A stretch of 64,000 nt of DNA from Vicinamibacteria bacterium (GTDB lineage: Bacteria; Acidobacteriota; Vicinamibacteria; Marinacidobacterales; Marinacidobacteraceae). The notes under the pieces are model-generated. The model did no database searches. It was not told where the DNA came from and worked only from the letters and a program-made list of their open reading frames with translations. The stretch spans positions 2,816,001 to 2,880,000 of the forward strand of contig CAXXLQ010000004.1 of the NCBI GenBank assembly GCA_963668695.2, read 5' to 3'. Positions 1 through 14,174 of this stretch are shown piece after piece. Numbering within the stretch: the first letter of the stretch is position 1; the number at the start of each line of letters is the position of its first letter. The position numbers were made by a program, and so were the translations under genes.

Positions 1-3000
1 AGTGCGACGGAGGGGACGGACTACGCCACGGTGTCGGACTTCACGGTGACGATCGGTGCGAACGCGACGAGCGGGACGGGGACGTTCACCTTGACGCCGA
101 CGCAGGACGTGCTGGGTGAGGGAGACGAGAGCATCACGGTGGGAGGGACGGCGACGGGGCTGACGGTGACGGCGGCGTCGTTGACGCTGACGGACGACGA
201 GACGGCTTCGACGGCGGTGACGCTGTCGGTGAACCCGGCGAGCGTGGGAGAGGCGGACGGGGCGACGGCGGTGGTGGTGACGGCGGCGCTGACGGCGCGG
301 CGCGGGGATCGGCGACGGCGGTGACAGTCGCGGTGGGGGACGGGGGGGACAGTGCGACGGAGGGGACGGACTACGCGACGGTGTCGGACTTCACGGTGAC
401 GATCGGGGCGAACGCGACGAGCGGGACCGGGACGTTCACCTTGACGCCGACGCAGGACTTACTGGTCGAGGGTGACGAGACGATCTCGGTGAAGGGGACG
501 GCGACGGGGCTGACGGTGACGGGTGCGTCGTTGACGCTGACGGACGACGAGACGGTTTCGACGGGGTGACGCTGTCGGTGAACCCGGCGAGCGTGGGAGA
601 GGCGGACGGGGCGACGGCGGTGGTGGTGACGGCGGCGCTGCACGGCGCGGCGCGGGGATCGGCGACGGCGGTGACAGTCGCGGTGGGAGACACGGGGGAC
701 AGTGCGACGGAGGGGACGGACTACGCGACGGTGTCGGACTTCACGGTGACGATCGGGGCGAACGCGACGAGCGGGACCGGGACGTTCACCTTGACGCCGA
801 CGCAGGACTTACTGGTCGAGGGTGACGAGACGATCTCGGTGAAGGGGACGGCGACGGGGCTGACGGTGACGGGTGCGTCGTTGACGCTGACGGACGACGA
901 GACGGTTTCGACGGGGTGACGCTGTCGGTGAACCCGGCGAGCGTGGGAGAGGCGGACGGGGCGACGGCGGTGGTGGTGACGGCGGCGCTGACGGGCGGCG
1001 CCCGGGGCTCGGCGACGGCGGTGACGGTCGCGGTGGGGGACGGGGGACAGTGCGACGGAGGGGACGGACTACGCCACGGTGTCGGACTTCACGGTGACGA
1101 TCGGGGCGAACGCGACGAGCGGGACCGGGACGTTCACCTTGACGCCGACGCAGGACTTACTGGTCGAGGGTGACGAGACGATCTCGGTGAAGGGGACGGC
1201 GACGGGGCTGACGGTGACGGGTGCGTCGTTGACGCTGACGGACGACGAGACGGTTTCGACGGGGTGACGCTGTCGGTGAACCCGGCGAGCGTGGGAGAGG
1301 CGGACGGGGCGACGGCGGTGGTGGTGACGGCGGCGCTGCACGGCGCGGCGCGGGGCTCGGCGACGGCGGTGACAGTCGCGGTGGGAGACACGGGGGACAG
1401 TGCGACGGAGGGGACGGACTACGCCACGGTGTCGGACTTCACGGTGACGATCGGGGCGAACGCGACGAGCGGGACCGGGACGTTCACCTTGACGCCGACG
1501 CAGGACTTACTGGTCGAGGGTGACGAGACGATCTCGGTGAAGGGGACGGCGACGGGGCTGACGGTGACGGGTGCGTCGTTGACGCTGACGGACGACGAGA
1601 CGGTTTCGACGGGGTGACGCTGTCGGTGAACCCGGCGAGCGTGGGAGAGGCGGACGGGGCGACGGCGGTGGTGGTGACGGCGGCGCTGCACGGCGCGGCG
1701 CGGGGATCGGCGACGGCGGTGACAGTCGCGGTGGGAGACACGGGGGACAGTGCGACGGAGGGGACGGACTACGCGACGGTGTCGGACTTCACGGTGACGA
1801 TCGGGGCGAACGCGACGAGCGGGACCGGGACGTTCACCTTGACGCCGACGCAGGACTTACTGGTCGAGGGTGACGAGACGATCTCGGTGAAGGGGACGGC
1901 GACGGGGCTGACGGTGACGGGTGCGTCGTTGACGCTGACGGACGACGAGACGGTTTCGACGGGGTTGACGCTGTCGGTGAACCCGGCGAGCGTGGGAGAG
2001 GCGGACGGGGCGACGGCGGTGGTGGTGACGGCGGCGCTGCACGGCGCGGCGCGGGGATCGGCGACGGCGGTGACAGTCGCGGTGGGAGACACGGGGGACA
2101 GTGCGACGGAGGGGACGGACTACGCCACGGTGTCGGACTTCACGGTGACGATCGGGGCGAACGCGACGAGCGGGACCGGGACGTTCACCTTGACGCCGAC
2201 GCAGGACTTACTGGTCGAGGGTGACGAGACGATCTCGGTGAAGGGGACGGCGACGGGGCTGACGGTGACGGGTGCGTCGTTGACGCTGGAAGACGATGAG
2301 ACGGCCTCCACGGAGGTGACGCTGTCGGTGAACCCGACGAGCGTGGGAGAGGCGGACGGGGCGACGGCGGTGGTGGTGACGGCGGCGCTGGACGGTGCGG
2401 CGCGGGGCTCGGCGACGGCGGTGACAGTCGCGGTGGGAGACACGGGGGACAGTGCGACGGAGGGGACGGACTACGCCACGGTGTCGAACTTCACGGTGAC
2501 GATCGGGGCGAACGCGACGAGCGGGACCGGGACGTTCACCTTGACGCCGACGCAGGACTTACTGGTCGAGGGTGACGAGACGATCTCGGTGAAGGGGACG
2601 GCGACGGGGCTGACGGTGACGGGTGCGTCGTTGACGCTGGAAGACGATGAGACGGCCTCCACGGAGGTGACGCTGTCGGTGAACCCGACGAGCGTGGGAG
2701 AGGCGGACGGGGCGACGGCGGTGGTGGTGACGGCGGCGCTGGACGGTGCGGCGCGGGGCTCGGCGACGGCGGTGACAGTCGCGGTGGGAGACACGGGGGA
2801 CAGTGCGACGGAGGGGACGGACTACGCCACGGTGTCGAACTTCACGGTGACGATCGGGGCGAACGCGACGAGCGGGACCGGGACGTTCACCTTGACGCCG
2901 ACGCAGGACTTACTGGTCGAGGGTGACGAGACGATCTCGGTGAAGGGGACGGCGACGGGGCTGACGGTGACGGGTGCGTCGTTGACGCTGGAAGACGATG

Positions 3001-6000
3001 AGACGGCCTCGACGGAGGTGACGCTGTCGGTGAACCCGACGAGCGTGGGAGAGGCGGACGGGGCGACGGCGGTGGTGGTGACGGCGGCGCTGCACGGCGC
3101 GGCGCGGGGCTCGGCGACGGCGGTGACAGTCGCGGTGGGAGACACGGGGGACAGTGCGACGGAGGGGACGGACTACGCCACGGTGTCGAACTTCACGGTG
3201 ACGATCGGGGCGAACGCGACGAGCGGGACCGGGACGTTCACCTTGACGCCGACGCAGGACTTACTGGTCGAGGGTGACGAGACGATCTCGGTGAAGGGGA
3301 CGGCGACGGGGCTGACGGTGACGGGTGCGTCGTTGACGCTGGAAGACGATGAGACGGCCTCCACGGGGTTGACGCTGTCGGTGAACCCGACGAGCGTGGG
3401 AGAGGCGGACGGGGCGACGGCGGTGGTGGTGACGGCGGCGCTGCACGGTGCGGCGCGGGGCTCGGCGACGGCGGTGACAGTCGCGGTGGGAGACACGGGG
3501 GACAGTGCGACGGAGGGGACGGACTACGCCACGGTGTCGAACTTCACGGTGACGATCGGGGCGAACGCGACGAGCGGGACCGGGACGTTCACCTTGACGC
3601 CGACGCAGGACTTACTGGTCGAGGGTGACGAGACGATCTCGGTGAAGGGGACGGCGACGGGGCTGACGGTGACGGGTGCGTCGTTGACGCTGGAAGACGA
3701 CGAGACGGCCTCCACGGGGGTGACGCTGTCGGTGAACCCGACGAGCGTGGGAGAGGCGGACGGGGCGACGGCGGTGGTGGTGACGGCGGCGCTGCACGGG
3801 GGCGCCCGGGGGGAGGCGACGGCGGTGACGGTCGCGGTGGGAGACACGGGGGACAGTGCGACGGAGGGGACGGACTACGCCACGGTGTCGGACTTCACGG
3901 TGACGATCGGGGCGAACGCGACGAGCGGGACCGGGACGTTCACCTTGACGCCGACGCAGGACTTACTGGTCGAGGGTGACGAGACGATCTCGGTGAAGGG
4001 GACGGCGACGGGGCTGACGGTGACGGGTGCGTCGTTGACGCTGACGGACGACGAGACGGTTTCGACGGGGTTGACGCTGTCGGTGAACCCGACGAGCGTG
4101 GGAGAGGCGGACGGGGCGACGGCGGTGGTGGTGACGGCGGCGCTGCACGGGGGCGCCCGGGGGGAGGCGACGGCGGTGACGGTCGCGGTGGGAGACACGG
4201 GGGACAGTGCGACGGAGGGGACGGACTACGCCACGGTGTCGAACTTCACGGTGACGATCGGGGCGAACGCGCCGAGCGGGACCGGGACGTTCACCTTGAC
4301 GCCGACGCAGGACTTACTGGTCGAGGGTGACGAGACGATCTCGGTGAAGGGGACGGCGACGGGGCTGACGGTGACGGGTGCGTCGTTGACGCTGGAAGAC
4401 GATGAGACGGCCTCGACGGAGGTGACGCTATCGGTGAACCCGGCGAGCGTGGGAGAGGCGGACGGGCGACGGCGGTGGTGGTGACGGCAACGCTCCACGG
4501 CGCGGCGCGGGGATCGGCGACGGCGGTGACCGTCGCGGTGGGTTACACGGGGGACAGCGCGACGGAGGGGACGGACTACGCAGACGGTTTCGGACTTCAC
4601 GGTGACGATCGGTGCGGGTGCGACGAGCGGGACGGGGACGTTCACGTTGACGCCGACGCAGGACACGGTGGGCGAGGGTGACGAGGCGATTTCGGTCGAG
4701 GGGACGACGACGATCCCGGGCCTGGTGGTGACCGGTACGGCGTTGACGCTGACGGACGACGAGACGATTTCGACGGGGGTGACGCTGTCGGTGAACCCGA
4801 CGAGCGTGGGAGAGAGCGCGTCGGCGACGGCGGTGACGGTGACGGCAACGCTCCACGGCGCGGCGCGGGGATCGGCGACGGCGGTGACCGTCGCGGTGGG
4901 TTACACGGGGGACAGCGCGACGGAGGGGACGGACTACCAGACGGTTTCGGACTTCACGGTGACGATCGGTGCGGGTGCGCCGAGCGGGACGGGGACGTTC
5001 ACCTTGACGCCGACGCAGGACACGGTGGGCGAGGGTGACGAGGCGATTTCGGTCGAGGGGACGACGACGATCCCGGGCCTGGTGGTGACCGGTACGGCGT
5101 TGACGCTGACGGACGACGAGACGGTTTCGACGGCGGTGACGCTGTCGGTGAACCCGACGAGCGTGGGAGAGGCGGACGCGGCGACGGCGGTGGTGGTGAC
5201 GGCGGCGCTCCACGGCGCGGCGCGGGGATCGGCGACGGCGGTGACAGTCGCGGTGGGAGACACGGGGGACAGCGCGACGGAGGGGACGGACTACGCAGAC
5301 GGTGTCGGACTTCACGGTGACGATCGGGGCGGGCGCGACGAGCGGGACGGGGACGTTCACCTTGACGCCGACGCAGGACACGGTGGGCGAGGGTGACGAG
5401 ACGATCTCGGTCGAGGGGACGACGACGATCCCGGGCCTGGTGGTGACCGGTACGGCGTTGACGCTGACGGACAACGAGACGATTTCGACGGGGGTGACGC
5501 TGTCGGTGAACCCGACGAGCGTGGGAGAGGCGGACGGGGCGACGGCGGTGGTGGTGACGGCGGCGCTGGACGGTGCGGCGCGGGGATCGGCGACGGCGGT
5601 GACAGTCGCGGTGGGGGCCGGAACGGACAGTGCGACGGAGGGGACGGACTACGCCACGGTGTCGGACTTCACGGTGACGATCGGGGCGAACGCGACGAGC
5701 GGGACCGGGACGTTCACCTTGACGCCGACGCAGGACTTACTGGTCGAGGGTGACGAGACGATCTCGGTGAAGGGGACGGCGACGGGGCTGACGGTGACGG
5801 GTGCGTCGTTGACGCTGGAAGACGATGAGACGGCCTCCACGGGGTGACGCTGTCGGTGAACCCGACGAGCGTGGGAGAGGCGGACGGTGCGACGGCGGTG
5901 GTGGTGACGGCGGCGCTGGACGGCGCGGCGCTGGGCTCGGCGACGGCGGTGACAGTCGCGGTGGGAGACACGGGGGACAGTGCGACGGAGGGGACGGACT

Positions 6001-9000
6001 ACGCCACGGTGTCGAACTTCACGGTGACGATCGGGGCGAACGCGACGAGCGGGACCGGGACGTTCACCTTGACGCCGACGCAGGACTTACTGGTCGAGGG
6101 TGACGAGACGATCTCGGTGAAGGGGACGGCGACGGGGCTGACGGTGACGGGTGCGTCGTTGACGCTGGAAGACGATGAGACGGCCTCCACGGAGGTGACG
6201 CTGTCGGTGAACCCGACGAGCGTGGGAGAGGCGGACGGGGCGACGGCGGTGGTGGTGACGGCGGCGCTGGACGGTGCGGCGCGGGGCTCGGCGACGGCGG
6301 TGACAGTCGCGGTGGGAGACACGGGGGACAGTGCGACGGAGGGGACGGACTACCAGGCGGTGTCGAACTTCACGGTGACGATCGGGGCGAACGCGACGAG
6401 CGGGACCGGGACGTTCACCTTGACGCCGACGCAGGACTTACTGGTCGAGGGTGACGAGACGATCTCGGTGAAGGGGACGGCGACGGGGCTGACGGTGACG
6501 GGTGCGTCGTTGACGCTGGAAGACGATGAGACGGCCTCCACGGAGGTGACGCTGTCGGTGAACCCGACGAGCGTGGGAGAGGCGGACGGGGCGACGGCGG
6601 TGGTGGTGACGGCGGCGCTCCACGGCGCGGCGCGGGGATCGGCGACGGCGGTGACAGTCGCGGTGGGAGACACGGGGGACAGTGCGACGGAGGGGACGGA
6701 CTACGCCACGGTGTCGAACTTCACGGTGACGATCGGGGCGAACGCGACGAGCGGGACCGGGACGTTCACCTTGACGCCGACGCAGGACTTACTGGTCGAG
6801 GGTGACGAGACGATCTCGGTGAAGGGGACGGCGACGGGGCTGACGGTGACGGGTGCGTCGTTGACGCTGGAAGACGATGAGACGGCCTCCACGGGGGTGA
6901 CGCTGTCGGTGAACCCGACGAGCGTGGGAGAGGCGGACGGGGCGACGGCGGTGGTGGTGACGGCGGCGCTGCACGGCGCGGCGCGGGGATCGGCGACGGC
7001 GGTGACAGTCGCGGTGGGAGACACGGGGGACAGTGCGACGGAGGGGACGGACTACGCCACGGTGTCGAACTTCACGGTGACGATCGGGGCGAACGCGACG
7101 AGCGGGACCGGGACGTTCACCTTGACGCCGACGCAGGACTTACTGGTCGAGGGTGACGAGACGATCTCGGTGAAGGGGACGGCGACGGGGCTGACGGTGA
7201 CGGGTGCGTCGTTGACGCTGGAAGACGATGAGACGGCCTCCACGGGGGTGACGCTGTCGGTGAACCCGACGAGCGTGGGAGAGGCGGACGGGGCGACGGC
7301 GGTGGTGGTGACGGCGGCGCTCCACGGCGCGGCGCGGGGATCGGCGACGGCGGTGACAGTCGCGGTGGGAGACACGGGGGACAGTGCGACGGAGGGGACG
7401 GACTACGCCACGGTGTCGAACTTCACGGTGACGATCGGGGCGAACGCGACGAGCGGGACCGGGACGTTCACCTTGACGCCGACGCAGGACTTACTGGTCG
7501 AGGGTGACGAGACGATCTCGGTGAAGGGGACGGCGACGGGGCTGACGGTGACGGGTGCGTCGTTGACGCTGGAAGACGATGAGACGGCCTCCACGGGGTG
7601 ACGCTGTCGGTGAACCCGACGAGCGTGGGAGAGGCGGACGGGGCGACGGCGGTGGTGGTGACGGCAACGCTCCACGCCGCGGCGCGGGGCTCGGCGACGG
7701 CGGTGACAGTCGCGGTGGGAGACACGGGGGACAGTGCGACGGAGGGGACGGACTACGCCACGGTTTCGAACTTCACGGTGACGATCGGGGCGAACGCGAC
7801 GAGCGGGACCGGGACGTTCACCTTGACGCCGACGCAGGACTTACTGGTCGAGGGCGACGAGACGATCTCGGTGAAGGGGACGGCGACGGGGCTGACGGTG
7901 ACGGGTGCGTCGTTGACGCTGGAAGACGAGGAGACGGCCTCCACGGGGGTGACGCTGTCGGTGAACCCGACGAGCGTGGGAGAGGCGGACGGGGCGACGG
8001 CGGTGGTGGTGACGGCGGCGCTGCACGGGGGCGCCCGGGGGGAGGCGACGGCGGTGACGGTCGCGGTGGGCGACGGGGGGACAGTGCGACGGAGGGGACG
8101 GACTACGCCACGGTGTCGAACTTCACGGTGACGATCGGGGCGAACGCGACGAGCGGGACCGGGACGTTCACCTTGACGCCGACGCAGGACTTACTGGTCG
8201 AGGGTGACGAGACGATCTCGGTGAAGGGGACGGCGACGGGGCTGACGGTGACGGGTGCGTCGTTGACGCTGACGGACGACGAGACGGTTTCGACGGGGTT
8301 GACGCTGTCGGTGAACCCGGCGAGCGTGGGAGAGGCGGACGGGGCGACGGCGGTGGTGGTGACGGCGGCGCTGCACGGGGGCGCCCGGGGGGAGGCGACG
8401 GCGGTGACAGTCGCGGTGGGAGACACGGGGGACAGTGCGACGGAGGGGACGGACTACGCCACGGTGTCGAACTTCACGGTGACGATCGGGGCGAACGCGA
8501 CGAGCGGGACCGGGACGTTCACCTTGACGCCGACGCAGGACTTACTGGTCGAGGGTGACGAGACGATCTCGGTGAAGGGGACGGCGACGGGGCTGACGGT
8601 GACGGGTGCGTCGTTGACGCTGGAAGACGATGAGACGGCCTCCACGGAGGTGACGCTGTCGGTGAACCCGACGAGCGTGGGAGAGGCGGACGGGGCGACG
8701 GCGGTGGTGGTGACGGCGGCGCTCCACGGCGCGGCGCGGGGATCGGCGACGGCGGTGACAGTCGCGGTGGGAGACACGGGGGACAGTGCGACGGAGGGGA
8801 CGGACTACGCCACGGTGTCGAACTTCACGGTGACGATCGGGGCGAACGCGACGAGCGGGACCGGGACGTTCACCTTGACGCCGACGCAGGACTTACTGGT
8901 CGAGGGTGACGAGACGATCTCGGTGAAGGGGACGGCGACGGGGCTGACGGTGACGGGTGCGTCGTTGACGCTGACGGACGACGAGACGGCCTCCACGGGG

Positions 9001-10770
9001 GTGACGCTGTCGGTGAACCCGACGAGCGTGGGAGAGGCGGACGGGGCGACGGCGGTGGTGGTGACGGCGGCGCTGCACGGGGGCGCCCGGGGGGAGGCGA
9101 CGGCGGTGACGGTCGCGGTGGGGGCCGGAACGGACAGTGCGACGGAGGGGACGGACTACGCCACGGTGTCGAACTTCACGGTGACGATCGGGGCGAACGC
9201 GACGAGCGGGACCGGGACGTTCACCTTGACGCCGACGCAGGACTTACTGGTCGAGGGTGACGAGACGATCTCGGTGAAGGGGACGGCGACGGGGCTGACG
9301 GTGACGGGTGCGTCGTTGACGCTGGAAGACGAGGAGACGGCCTCCACGGAGGTGACGCTGTCGGTGAACCCGACGAGCGTGGGAGAGGCGGACGGTGCGA
9401 CGGCGGTGGTGGTGACGGCGGCGCTGAACGGCGCGGCGCTGGGCTCGGCGACGGCGGTGACGGTCGTGGTGGGCGACGCGGCGGACAGCGCGGCGGAGGG
9501 GACGGACTACGCCACGGTGCCGGACTTCACGGTGACGATCGGTGCGAACGCGACGAGCGGGACGGGGACGTTCACGCTGACGCCGACGCAGGACCCGGCG
9601 AGCGAGGGGACGAGACGATCTCGGTGGAGGGAACGGCGACGGGGTTGACGGTGACGGGGGCGTCGTTGACGCTGACGGACGACGACACGGACGCCGCCTC
9701 GACGGGGGTGACGCTGTCGGTGGACCCGACGAGCGTGGGTGAAGAGGACTCGGCGACGGCGGTGGTGGTGACGGCGGCGCTGAACGGCGCGGCGCGGGGC
9801 TCGGCGACGGCGGTGACGGTCGTGGTGGGGGACACGGCGGACAGCGCGGCGGAGGGGACGGACTACGCCACGGTGCCGGACTTCACGGTGACGATCGGGG
9901 CGAACGCGACGAGCGGGACCGGGACATTCACCTTGACGCCGACGCAGGACACGGTGAGCGAGGGTGACGAGACGATCTCGGTGGAGGGAACGGCGACGGG
10001 GCTGACGGTGACGGGTGCGTCGTTGACGCTGGAAGACGATGAGACGGCCTCCACGGGGGTGACGCTGTCGGTGAACCCGACGAGCGTGGGAGAGGCGGAC
10101 TCGGCGACGGCGGTGGTGCTGACGGCGGCGCTGGGCGGGGGCGCCCGGGGGGAGGCGACGGCGGTGACGGTCGCGGTGGGAGAAGCGGGAGACAGTGCGA
10201 CGGAGGGGACGGACTACGCGACGGTTGCGGACTTCACGGTGACGATCGGGGCGAACGCGACGAGCGGGACGGGGACATTCACCTTGACGCCGACGCAGGA
10301 CACGGTGAGCGAGGGTGACGAGACGATCTCGGTGGAGGGAACGGCGACGGGGCTGACGGTGACGGGTGCGTCGTTGACGCTGGAAGACGATGAGACGGCC
10401 TCCACGGGGGTGACGCTGTCGGTGAACCCGACGAGCGTGGGAGAGGCGGACTCGGCGACGGCGGTGGTGCTGACGGCGGCGCTGGGCGGGGGCGCCCGGG
10501 GGGAGGCGACGGCGGTGACGGTCGCGGTGGGTGACGCGGGGGACAGTGCGACGGAGGGGACGGACTACGCTACGGTTTCGGACTTCACGGTGACGATCGG
10601 TGCGGGTGCGACGAGCGGGACGGGGACGTTCACCTTGACGCCGACGCAGGACTTACTGAGCGAGGGTGACGAGACGATCTCGGTGAAGGGGACGGCGACG
10701 GGGCTGACGGTGACGGGTGCGTCGTTGACGCTGGAAGACGAGGAAACGGCCGCCGCCACGACGGCGGTGA
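1..10770 (+). repeat. Intragenic tandem array of ~351-bp units (~30 copies), with three 357-bp variants at ~4480-5490
   Basis: 351-bp periodicity is directly visible (antisense ORF ends at 2092, 2443, 2794, 3145...). Variant units encode TTIPGLVVTGTAL. Confidence 0.95.
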
Positions 10771-13700
10771 CGCTTTCGGTGAACCCACGATCGGTCTCCG
10801 AGGGCGCCGGCCCAACGATGATTGCGGTGACGGGGACGCTGGGCGAGCCCTCGGCGGAGTCGAACATGGTATTAATCATGGTTTCGGGAGGCACGGCGAG
10901 GGCGGGGCCGGACTTCGTTCCGGTGGATCCGTTCCCCCTCATGATCCCCGCGGGTTCCACCAGCGGGATGGCAACATTCACGCTGACGCCGGTAGAAGAG
11001 GCAGCGGTGGAGCCCGACGAGACCGTTGTGATCGACGGGGACGCGGTGGACACTGTCGTGGTGTCCACCGAGATGAGGATCCTGGACAACGACAGCGCGG
11101 ACGCTCCGGCCGAAGTCCTGCCCGAAATTCGGATCTCCGACGCGGCGGCGGACGAGGCTTCGGGTGCGATCAATTTTCGGCTGAGCCTCAGCGCGTCGGT
11201 GCCCCGGACGGTGATCGTCGCCTGGGCGACGGACCCCCGGACCGCGCGGGAAGGACACGACTACATCCGCATCGCCGATACCGTGACCTTCCCTCCCGGA
11301 GTCACTGGCGCCACGATCACTGTCCGGCTGCTGGACGACCGATTGGACGAGATCGACGAGACCTTCCAGGTGCTCCTGTACGGTGCGTCCGGCGCGACGA
11401 TTGCGGACGACATTGCGCTCGGGACCATCCGCGACGACGATGGTCCCGCACTGACGATCGAGGACGCCACCGCGCTCGAAACCGACGGCTTCATTTCCCT
11501 GAGGCTTGTCCTCTCCGATCCGAGTCCGCAGTTGGTAGTCGCCCGTTGGGGTACTTCAGCCCAGACCGCGACACCGGGCGCCGACTACACGGAGACCAGC
11601 GGCATCACGAGGATCAGTCCCGGCGCACTCAGCCAGACGATCGTGGTCGAAGTGCTGGATGACTACATATATGAAGGGGAGGAAAGCTTCGTTGTGAGCC
11701 TCACCGATGTCGACAACGCAATCCCGCAGGGACCCGGGACCGCGGTCATCGTCGACAACGAACTCCCACCCGGAATCCGGATCTTCGACCAGCGCGCCAC
11801 CGAGAGCTCCGGCGTACTGGCATTTCTGGTCGCGCTCGACCGGCCGAGTGAACTGCCGATCACCGTCGAGCGCACTACCGCCAGCCGCACGGCGACTGGT
11901 GACGTCGACTACGTAGAAGCCCTGCAGCTCATTGAGATCGCTCCGGGAGTTACGGAGGTGCGCTCCCGCGTGGAGTTGATCGAAGACCTCTTGAGTGAAG
12001 ACGACGAGACGTTCCTGGCCGTATTGATGTCCCCGACAAACGCCGTCGTCTCCGACGGGGAAGCGGTTGGGACGATCGAAGATGACGATCCCGATCCGGC
12101 GATGTCCGTTCTCGACAGCCGTGCGTCGGAAGAAGCAGGGCAGATCGTTTTCCGGATCGAGTTGGACGCGAGCAGCGGGCGGACCGTTACCGTGGACTGG
12201 AGCACCGCGCCGGGCACCGCCAAGCCCGGTAGCGACTACCGAGACGCCAGCGGCACCGTCGTTCTGCCGCCGGGCAAACGGGTCGGAGAAGTTCGCGTCG
12301 ATGTCATCAACGATCGTCGGGACGAACCGGACGAGACGTTCCAGTTGGTGCTCTCCGGAGCCGGGAACGCGGAGATCGCCAGAGGGACGGCTACCGGGAC
12401 GATCGATGACGACGATGATGCGGCACCGGTCCTCTCGGCATGGCTGTCGCGGTTCGGGAGGACAGTCACGACGCAGGTCGCGGAGGCAGTCGGCGGACGA
12501 TTAAATGCGCCGTTCGGCGGATCGGCCAACATGCATCTCGGGCTGCAGCCGATGTATGGCTCGGGCGTCGCTATCCGGCCCGACCTCCATGGCGTTGGGA
12601 CGCGAAGCCGATCCGCGGCGAGCTATGGGTTCGAGTCCGTCAGCACGTTCGACCTGCTGTCGCGGAGTTCCTTCTTCCTGCCTCTCGCGACAAGGAGCGG
12701 CCAGGAGCCGTTCGGGTGGACGGTGTGGGGACGAGGGTCGCTGATGCGCTTTTCGGGCGCCGACGCCCCGGTTTCGGTCAGCGGGGACGTTCTGACAGGG
12801 CTCCTTGGACTGGACTACCGCCGGGGCCGTACGGTCGCGGGAGTGGCCGTCGCGCACAGTCGGGGGCAGGGCAATTTCGAGCAACTCGGCATGGCACGGT
12901 CCAGTGCGCGCGCCGGAACAATGCGGAGTTCCTTGACGAGTGTGAATCCCTATCTGGGAATCTCGTTGACTGATCGTGTCCGGTTCTGGGGCATGTTCGG
13001 AACCGGGGTCGGCGAGATGCAGGTGGACGGGGACTGGAATACCAGCGACCTCGGCATGCGCGCCGGCGTGTTGGGGATGCGCGGGGTGATTCTGGAGCCA
13101 ACGGATCCTTCCGGCCTTCGGCTCGCTGTCGAAACGGATGCGTTCGTGACGAAAGTGGATTCCACCGACGACCTGCGGCCGCGGCTTATCGAAGCCGACG
13201 CGAGCCGGGCACGCGTGCGACTCGAGGCCGCCCGCCGTTCCGGCTTTTCGGGGGGTGGGGCACTCACGCCGCGGGTGGAGGTGGCAGCGCGCTACGACGG
13301 TGGTGACGCCGAGACCGGGGCCGGACTCGAAATGGCTTCCGGGGTCGCGTTTGAGCACCCGGGATGGCGGCTGATGGCGGACTGGTCTGGCCGGATGTTG
13401 ATCCTCCACCAGGACGCGGAGTATCGCGAGTGGGGAATGTCCGGCGTGATTCAGATCCAGCCTTCACTTACCGGGGAGGGCTTGCAGGGCAGTGTCCGGA
13501 CCGGCTACGGCGCTCAGGCGAACGGAACGGGCCAATTGTTCTCGCCCTTGGGCAACGTGTTTGACACCCCGCTTCAGGCGCCAATCGGACGCCACTGGGA
13601 TTCCGAAATGGGCTACGGGTTCCTTGTGTTGCGGGACGCGCTGCTCGTTCCCTACGCGGGAGTTGCATCGCGCTCGAAGGAATTCCCATCGTTCCGCTTC

Positions 13701-13814
13701 GGGTTCCGGGTGGACGTCGGCACCGCCCTCAATCTCGATCTCGAATTGAACCGCCGGCAGGCCACCGACGAACGCGGGGTGTACGGGTTGTTCCTGCGCG
13801 CCTTGGTTCGCTAG
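1..13814 (+). CDS. Giant repetitive surface adhesin (5'-truncated): ~30 tandem 117-aa Calx-beta/Ig-like repeats, ~4 Calx-beta domains and a C-terminal autotransporter-like beta-barrel; split by frameshifts
   Basis: Consecutive + ORFs (31..324 through 9624..13814) encode the same VTLSVNP...ATEGTDY...GTFTLTPTQD...EGDETI unit. The last ORF continues into Calx-beta-like units (TA..G.DY, DD..DE.DETF) and a barrel region (WGRG, LGLDY, RYDGGDAETGAGLE). Breaks fall mostly at G runs. Confidence 0.85.
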
Positions 13815-13852
13815 CCAGCCTCGCACTTGGAGGCTGGCGCTTTCTCTCTCTT
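13814..13852 (+). terminator. Probable intrinsic terminator of the adhesin gene
   Basis: GCCAGCCTC-7nt-GAGGCTGGC hairpin followed by a T/C-rich tract right after the stop codon. Confidence 0.55.
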
Positions 13853-14174
13853 GTCCCGCTGACGAATCGGCGAGGCTCCCGGCGATCGGGTTCCGGACCC
13901 CGGGAAACGCGGATCTCCCCATCCCGGCTTTCCCGGCGACGGCTCTCCGGGGGACGCCGATGCGTTCCACACGCGCTGGTGGCGCGACGAAACGCCCCGG
14001 GATTCCTCGGGGAACTCGGCCGGAACGGCGTACGCGGGCGCCGCCGTTCGCCGCCGGGCGCGAACCGGTGGCGTGGCGCCGATTGCTCGCCACGCTGGGG
14101 TGATCTCCGTGTCGAGGAATCCCGGTCCGGCCGCCGGGCAGCGGGCAGGGCTCCGGTCCGGCGGGTTGCCGGAG

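Noticed and set aside
371-10405. Dozens of repeated minus-strand 61-107-aa ORFs
   Set aside because: Antisense shadows of the codon-biased adhesin repeats, with no independent coding signal
13853-14174. GC-rich hairpins between convergent genes
   Set aside because: No second copy, promoter or family signature, and expected by chance at this GC content
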